64,000 nucleotides of DNA from Planctomycetota bacterium. GTDB lineage: Bacteria; Planctomycetota; UBA8108; SXIK01. Each line of letters starts with the position of its first letter. Positions within the stretch are counted from its first letter, which is position 1. Below, piece by piece: positions 58,154-64,000 of the stretch. Location: contig OZ244999.1 in the NCBI GenBank assembly GCA_965223265.1, positions 2,400,001-2,464,000 on the forward strand, read 5' to 3'. The position numbers were made by a program, and so were the translations under genes. Under the pieces are notes generated by a model that worked only from the letters and a program-made list of their open reading frames with translations, ran no database searches and was not told where the DNA came from.

Positions 58154-61100
58154 AGGACACGGAAGACTCCGCAGGGAACGAGGCGTGCCGTCGCATCTAT
58201 GGGTTGAACAAACAGGGTAAAGTGCTTCGCAGGGCGTTTATTGAAGACCCGATGGCGACGACGCTGACAGCTTGGTGCGATTCGGTCAAGATCAACTCCT
58301 CCAGCCGCGTCACGGAGGTTCGAAGGCCGTCAGCGCACGAGGTGACGAGCAACTCCCTGATGACGAAGTTCCTAGATCCTGAAGGGGGATCGCCCACCGC
58401 CGGTCAGAACGACATCGACACGCTGAAACCGAGCGACGGCGCGATCTACGTCTACGACCACAACCCCGATGGGCGACGTACGTGGACTCGGATCAAGAAG
58501 GGGCGAACCGGAACCGCATACTATGTCAACGGAACAAAGTGGGGTGACGGCCTCGTGGCTGATCAACCCAAGCACCTCCCCGTAGCAACCTACAGGTTTC
58601 CGACGAAGACAGATGATTCGGACGACTTGTCGCGGGTCGACACGAGCTTCGCCTACGATTTCTGGGATGCGGATGAGACCCAGATCAAGGTGAAGACAAC
58701 GACGCTACCGGAAATTCCTACTAGTCAGAACGGCGCCGGCACCGGCAACGCCACGGTACTCAAGGAGTATCATGATGAGCTCGGGCGACTTCGTTGGGTG
58801 AAGGATGGAGAGGGATACATCACCTATCACTCGTATCACCCAGAGCTTGGCAGGCGCGCCTACACCATGATCGACGTCGACACCGACGCTCTACGGAGCG
58901 ACATCACCTCTGGGGTGAGTGGCAAGTATGTGAAATGGGAGGACGACTCGGGCGGCAGCGACGCGCCGAGCGGATTTCTGAACGGCGGCAACGACAACCT
59001 CGAGATTGTCACCAAGGCCGAATATGACGAGCTTGGCCGCACCGAGCTTGAGATCGACGCCAAAGGCTTCAAGCACTACACCGTCTACCAGGACGGTCGC
59101 ACCCTGGAGTTTCCGTATTGGGATGGATCGGACGGGAAACCGAAACGTGCCATTCAAGTCGTGGAAACAAATGATGCAGGCAAGCCCGTCGATGTCTTCA
59201 CGGTGTCGCCCTCTCAGGCGACGTCGACCGGGAGCAATCCGGACAAGGTTCCGAGCGGGGTCTCGGATGCAGACGACCAGACCAACTACCTGAGCTGGAC
59301 AAACTTTGGCTACGATTCCCAGACTGGCGAGCTCGTCGAGGAAGATCGTTACTTTGACATTCCCGGCGCCGGGTCCGGGACGCTTTCGACACACTTCCAT
59401 CGCATAGCCTACAAGTACGATGAACTCGGCCGTCGCGAGTTCGTCATCGAGGTCTCCAGCGGCACGCTCACGAGCAACGGTGTCGAGCAAATCACGCAGA
59501 ACGTCTACGATGTGCGTGACCGCATCACGTGCATCAAACGTGGTGTCAGCGGCGATTCACACAATCTGGGTTCGAGCTATGCAATCCCCACGAGCGGCAT
59601 CGATACGGTCGAAGAGGTCGATTACGACGACGGTGGTGTCGGCGACGGGTACGTCACAACTCGTAGGAGATACCATACGACAACCGATTTCACGGGTACG
59701 AAGGTCCACATCACCTACAAAGGCGAACGGCGCGGGGTCGAGCGTTTTTTCGGTAACGGAACCACCGAGACCGCGGTCGGACCGTTTATTGTCTACGACA
59801 TCAACTGGGAAGGAAACAGAACCGCGGCAGGTATCTACGATGTCGAGCCCAGTTGGGAAGGCAGCGGTTCCAGCGTCCTCGCTGATGAGGGATACACCGA
59901 TTTCGCGAATACGCAAGAAAGCAATCGAAGGGCGCTAAAGAAGAACGCTTACGACGATCTCGGACGCATCTACCAGACAGAGATTTGGACGATCAACGCA
60001 TCGACCGGGCAAAAAGGGGTTAAGTTTCTTATCGAGCGATTCTACGATCGTAACGACAGCATTGTCGCCCAAACAACAAAGAACGGGACGTTCGTCGAGC
60101 ATGCCTATGACGGAGCGGGAAGGCGTTATCAGTCCCGGGTCGTCGCCGACAACATTGCTACGAACCCCTATTCTTCAGGAGGGTTCGTTTACCGCGATCC
60201 AAAGCCGGATCCGGAAGTGCGAGACATGGACGCTTTGACGTCAGGCGGTGGTGACGATGATGTTGTCGAGGTAAAGCATCAAGAACTCGACGCTTCCGGG
60301 CGAATCATCGAGAGTCATGTCTTTGAAGCGAACCACGACGACACTGACGGGATCGACCTTACAGACGACGACGACTACGTACGTCTCTCAAAGTTCTTCT
60401 GGTATGACGGGAAAACGGATTTCTTAACGACGAGCGCCAACTACGGCAGTGGGGACACCGCTACGGGTGCGGGTACATGGGATCGCTTCGATATACCTGC
60501 ACCAGCCTCAGCGCCTACTTCCAGCAGTGATCAGACGCTCGTGACGGAGTTTTTTTTTAACGATTCGAGCTACCTAGAGACGGTCACCAGGCCCATTGGC
60601 GCTTCCGGCGAGAGCGTCGAAAAGATCTTCTACGACGATCTCGGCCGCAAAAAATACGTAGCGGAAAATTTCGTCAATTTCATAGCCTCAACCGAGTCTG
60701 GAACAGGAGGAACCGACAAATCAGAGGATCGCGTTACGTACATCTCGTACAACGGTCTGAATCAGATCACCGAGCGGGCCGCGCTCGACGCTAATGGGGA
60801 CGGCTCGACGAGCGACGAACAGATCACGACCCGCCTCTACGAAGATTCGCACGATGCGGCTCTCGTCACCAGCATCATATATCCCGACTCTACCGATACG
60901 GATTCTTCGGGTTCGGACCAAGTGAAATTCGAGTGGAACCTTGACGGCTCGCTCGAGCGCAGGACCGATCAACTCGAAACAGTGATCGAGCGCACGTACA
61001 ACAATCGTCGCCAGGTGGAGTTTCAGAAGGTCTCGACGCTCGCGAGCGGCGTTGACGGGCATGTGCGTTCGGTGAAACGAGAGTACGACTCGCTGGCGCG

Positions 61101-63273
61101 CCTCGAGAAGGTCACTTCATACGCCAACAGCGACGGCACGGGCACGGTCCGCAACCAGATCCTCTTCGAGTACAACGACCTTGGTCAGGTCAAGAAGTCT
61201 TGGCAGTCGCACGAGGGGAACAAGATTTCCACGACGCCGAAGGTTGAGTACGACTATGACCTCTCGGCTCTCAACAGTATCTACGATGATGGTGCACGTC
61301 TGAACTATGTTCAGTACCCCGATGGCCGCAAGATCCATTACGGCTATTCGACGGGCGGTTCGGCCTCTGACCGTATGAGCCGCGTTGTGTCGATCGCCGA
61401 GGATAACGGCTCGGGCTCTCCGGCCACGACACCGCTGGTCAACTACGCCTTCAATGGTCTAAGCCGGTTGGCTGAGACGAATTTCGACGAGCCTGACGTC
61501 CGTCTGACGTACCACCAGGGAGACGGCGACGGGGACTACGAGGGCTTTGACCGTTTCGGTCGCCCAAAAGACCATTTCTGGGACGGCTACAGTACAACCT
61601 CGGATGTTGACCGCTTCAAGTACGTCTACAACCAGGCCGGTACTGTTACGCACCGGATTATCGATTCGTCAATCCACTCGACGCAGGACAAGGACCAGGT
61701 TTTCGAGTACGACGGACTCGAGCGTCTGACTTCTTATGACCGGCGGGTGCTCGTTGGATCGATCAACTACGAGCAGGACTATACGCTTGATCAACTCGGC
61801 AACTGGACGGACTTTGTCGAAAAGACAAACGGCACGACGGATCTCGATCAGGACCGCGGCCATAACGACGTCAATGAGATCACCTCCGTCAGTGCCCCGC
61901 CGATGCAGCCGCAGTGGATCACACCGCTCTTCGACGCCGCCGGGAACATGACCGAAGGGCCGAAGCCGGGCGACGAGACAACGAAGCACCTCTATGTCTA
62001 CGACGCCTGGAATCGGCTCGTCAAAGTGAAAAACGCAGCAGGCACGACAACGCTGGCGACGTACGAGTACGACGGCTTGAATCGCCGGATCCGCGTCGAG
62101 GATAGCTCTCAGGAGAGCTGGGACTACTACTATAACGAAGACTGGCAGGTCATCGAGATCCGTGAGGACGCCGACCCCGATCCGCTCAAGCAGTACGTCT
62201 GGCACCCGTACTACATCGACGCGCTGGCGGTGCGCTTTTGGGACCAGCACACAACGGGAACGCCGACGACGCACTTCTACACCCACGATGCCAACATGAA
62301 CGTTACGGCGCTTTGCGGCGACGACGGAGGCGTGAAGGAACGATACGAGTACACTCCGTACGGCGAGGTAAGTATTCTGACCGCGGCTTTCGCAGAGAGG
62401 GGCTCGAGTCTCTATGATCAAGAAGTGCTTCACACAGGGCGCCGACGGGAGCCCATCTCTCGTCTTTACCACTGCAGAAACCGTGAGTATCATCCAAATC
62501 TCGGGAGATGGACTCGGCGCGACCCACGGGGGTTCGGAGACGGCATGAATTTGTACGAGTTCGTACGGGCCCAACCGGTTGGTAGAGTAGATCCGTACGG
62601 TCTCGAGAGTAAGATCTACTTCGAAGCGGAAGTTAAGATTCTTGAGTTGGATCTCATTTATGATGATGTCATGTATCATGCACGTATAGCCGATACATTC
62701 CGCTGTGAAAAAGACGTCCCGGTGGTTGGTCACGCGGCCCCCGAGACAATAGTCGATGAAGGGGATTCTCAAACAAACAATCCCCCTCATGTTGAACCGA
62801 ACGCAGATTGTGGAAAGAACCAGAGTCCTGGAGTTGTGTATTCATGGAACGGGTCTTCGATTGAGGACGACGCGTTAGGGATGGAAATCGCTGCGGGGCT
62901 CGGTGCTGCTGGTGCGGCAGGCGCTGGCGCTGTTTTCGGCTTCGGAGGTGGGGCCATAGCACTCGGAGCCCCTGCCGGTTGGCCCGGGGCTCTCGCGGGT
63001 GCTTCCGCTGGTGGTACCATTGGGGGCGCCGCAGGGGCTGGTGTTGGAGGGGCGGCTGAGGAATTACTTGATGACGAGTGGAGTTTGCACTGGCGAGTGA
63101 GGTTTAGGCTCTGCTGCATCTGCGAAGAAGCGAGAGAGGGGTTCATTGGGCCCGCAAGCCCGGATCCAGTTTACGAACCTAGGTTGAAGTTCCTCGAGGC
63201 AAACCTTAGCTTTGATTCGTTTGGGGAGGATGAGTTCGTGGCGGAGTCTTTCTGGGCTGCACGAGAACGCTAA
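58144..63273 (+). pseudogene. rhs: 5'-truncated (orphan) Rhs module with a distinct toxin tip; reading frame still open
   Basis: Collinear with Rhs1 from residue 496 (EDTED); starts at the IS4 right end; core ends DPYGL at 62590-62604. Confidence 0.85.
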
Positions 63274-63296
63274 TGGCGTACGAATGTACGGCGACC

Positions 63297-63336
63297 CATG
63301 TGGCATTAGATAACGCTCGTTATCCGATGCCACGTG
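63297..63336. mobile_element. 40-bp mini-element made of two abutted IS4-like ends
   Basis: CATGTGGCATTAGATAAC-gctc-GTTATCCGATGCCACGTG; each arm resembles the corresponding IS4 terminus. Confidence 0.7.
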
Positions 63337-63455
63337 GGTGATGACCCTGACCGCGGATCTGTGTCGAGAGTGGCAATGTATAGCTCGGGGTTGTTGGGAA
63401 TCTTCCAGAGTGAGGGCTCCTTCGGGTAAGGTACTTACCCGAATGGAGGTGACCA

Positions 63456-63764
63456 ATGGGAAAGCGATCGGAGTTGAGCGCCGCGAAACGGCGTGAGGTG
63501 GTGCTGGCGTTGATCAAGAGAGGAGAGCCCGCAGCGCAGTTGGCTCGAAGGTATGGAATCTCGGAACAGACGCTGTATCGCTGGCGGGACGAATTCCTCT
63601 CGGCCGGGGAGGCGGCGCTGTCGCCGAAGAAGACCGAGAAGGGAGACCCTCAACGACGAAAGATCGAGCAGCTGGAACGTGAGCTCGCTCAGCGTGACCA
63701 GGTCATCGGCGAGCTCACCATCGCCAATCGGCTTTTTAAAAAACTTTCGGACGGTTCCCTGTGA
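63456..63764 (+). CDS. IS3-family transposase OrfA (HTH)
   Basis: LARRYGISEQTLYRWRDEF HTH and a leucine-zipper-like tail. Confidence 0.9.
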   Translation: MGKRSELSAAKRREVVLALIKRGEPAAQLARRYGISEQTLYRWRDEFLSAGEAALSPKKTEKGDPQRRKIEQLERELAQRDQVIGELTIANRLFKKLSDGSL

Positions 63765-64000
63765 AGCAGCGAGACCGTGACCGAGTACGTAGCGAGATCG
63801 AGAGCAACGCTCCGGCCCGGCTTACCGAGGTGTTGCGGTTGCTGGGGATCGCCTCCAGTAGCTGGTACCGCGAGGCTGTGCCGAGCGAAGAGCGTAAGCA
63901 TCCCGGGCCGACTGCGAAGGCTATCCCCAAGGAGATTTCCGAAGCCGTCGTGAAGATGGCTACGGACAACCCGTGGTACGGCTACAAGAGGATCGCAGTG
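63743..64000 (+). CDS. IS3-family transposase OrfB (partial)
   Basis: The -1 frame after TTTTTAAAAAAC reads ...LGIASSSWYR...NPWYGYKRIAV; an alternative GTG at 63761 overlaps the orfA stop. Confidence 0.8.

Larger units (their letters stand above)
63377..64000 (+). mobile_element. IS3-family element, truncated by the window end
   Basis: Probable TG-starting left end at 63377, followed by orfA and orfB in the -1 frame. Confidence 0.85.

Noticed and set aside
1-64000. tRNA or rRNA genes
   Set aside because: No cloverleaf/T-loop or rRNA signature was recognised by eye.

Overview
GC-rich bacterial DNA, very probably Planctomycetota (DUF1501, DUF1552, DUF1549/DUF1553 cytochrome, TIGR03067-like and dockerin-tailed proteins). 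Bases 1-29.8 kb hold mostly typical planctomycete genes: methyltransferase, NfeD-flotillin pair, two DUF1501 genes, PEP-CTERM protein, Tat-signal dehydratase, rfbG, HEAT proteins, a heme-binding dehydrogenase-like protein, an FGE-domain fusion and a PilX-like protein. This part also carries GTAG-type REP repeats and a G-rich hexamer tract. From about 30 kb to the end is an accessory island that looks like one conflict system. It contains a decayed array of orphan immunity-like genes, a divergent ECF sigma factor, and a type II secretion (Gsp) operon ending in a TPR lipoprotein. These are followed by a TPR protein, a 2161-aa Rhs toxin with a Sec-type signal peptide and no PAAR/VgrG, an immunity-like gene, an IS4 element, an IS-truncated second Rhs with a different toxin tip, a 40-bp mini-IS and an IS3. 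A bipartite motif CACAT-N9-C(G/C)TACCT occurs once upstream of the Gsp operon and three times upstream of the TPR-Rhs genes. This suggests an ECF-coregulated, T2SS-dedicated Rhs polymorphic toxin system (inference). All family calls come from motif recognition by eye, not database searches.
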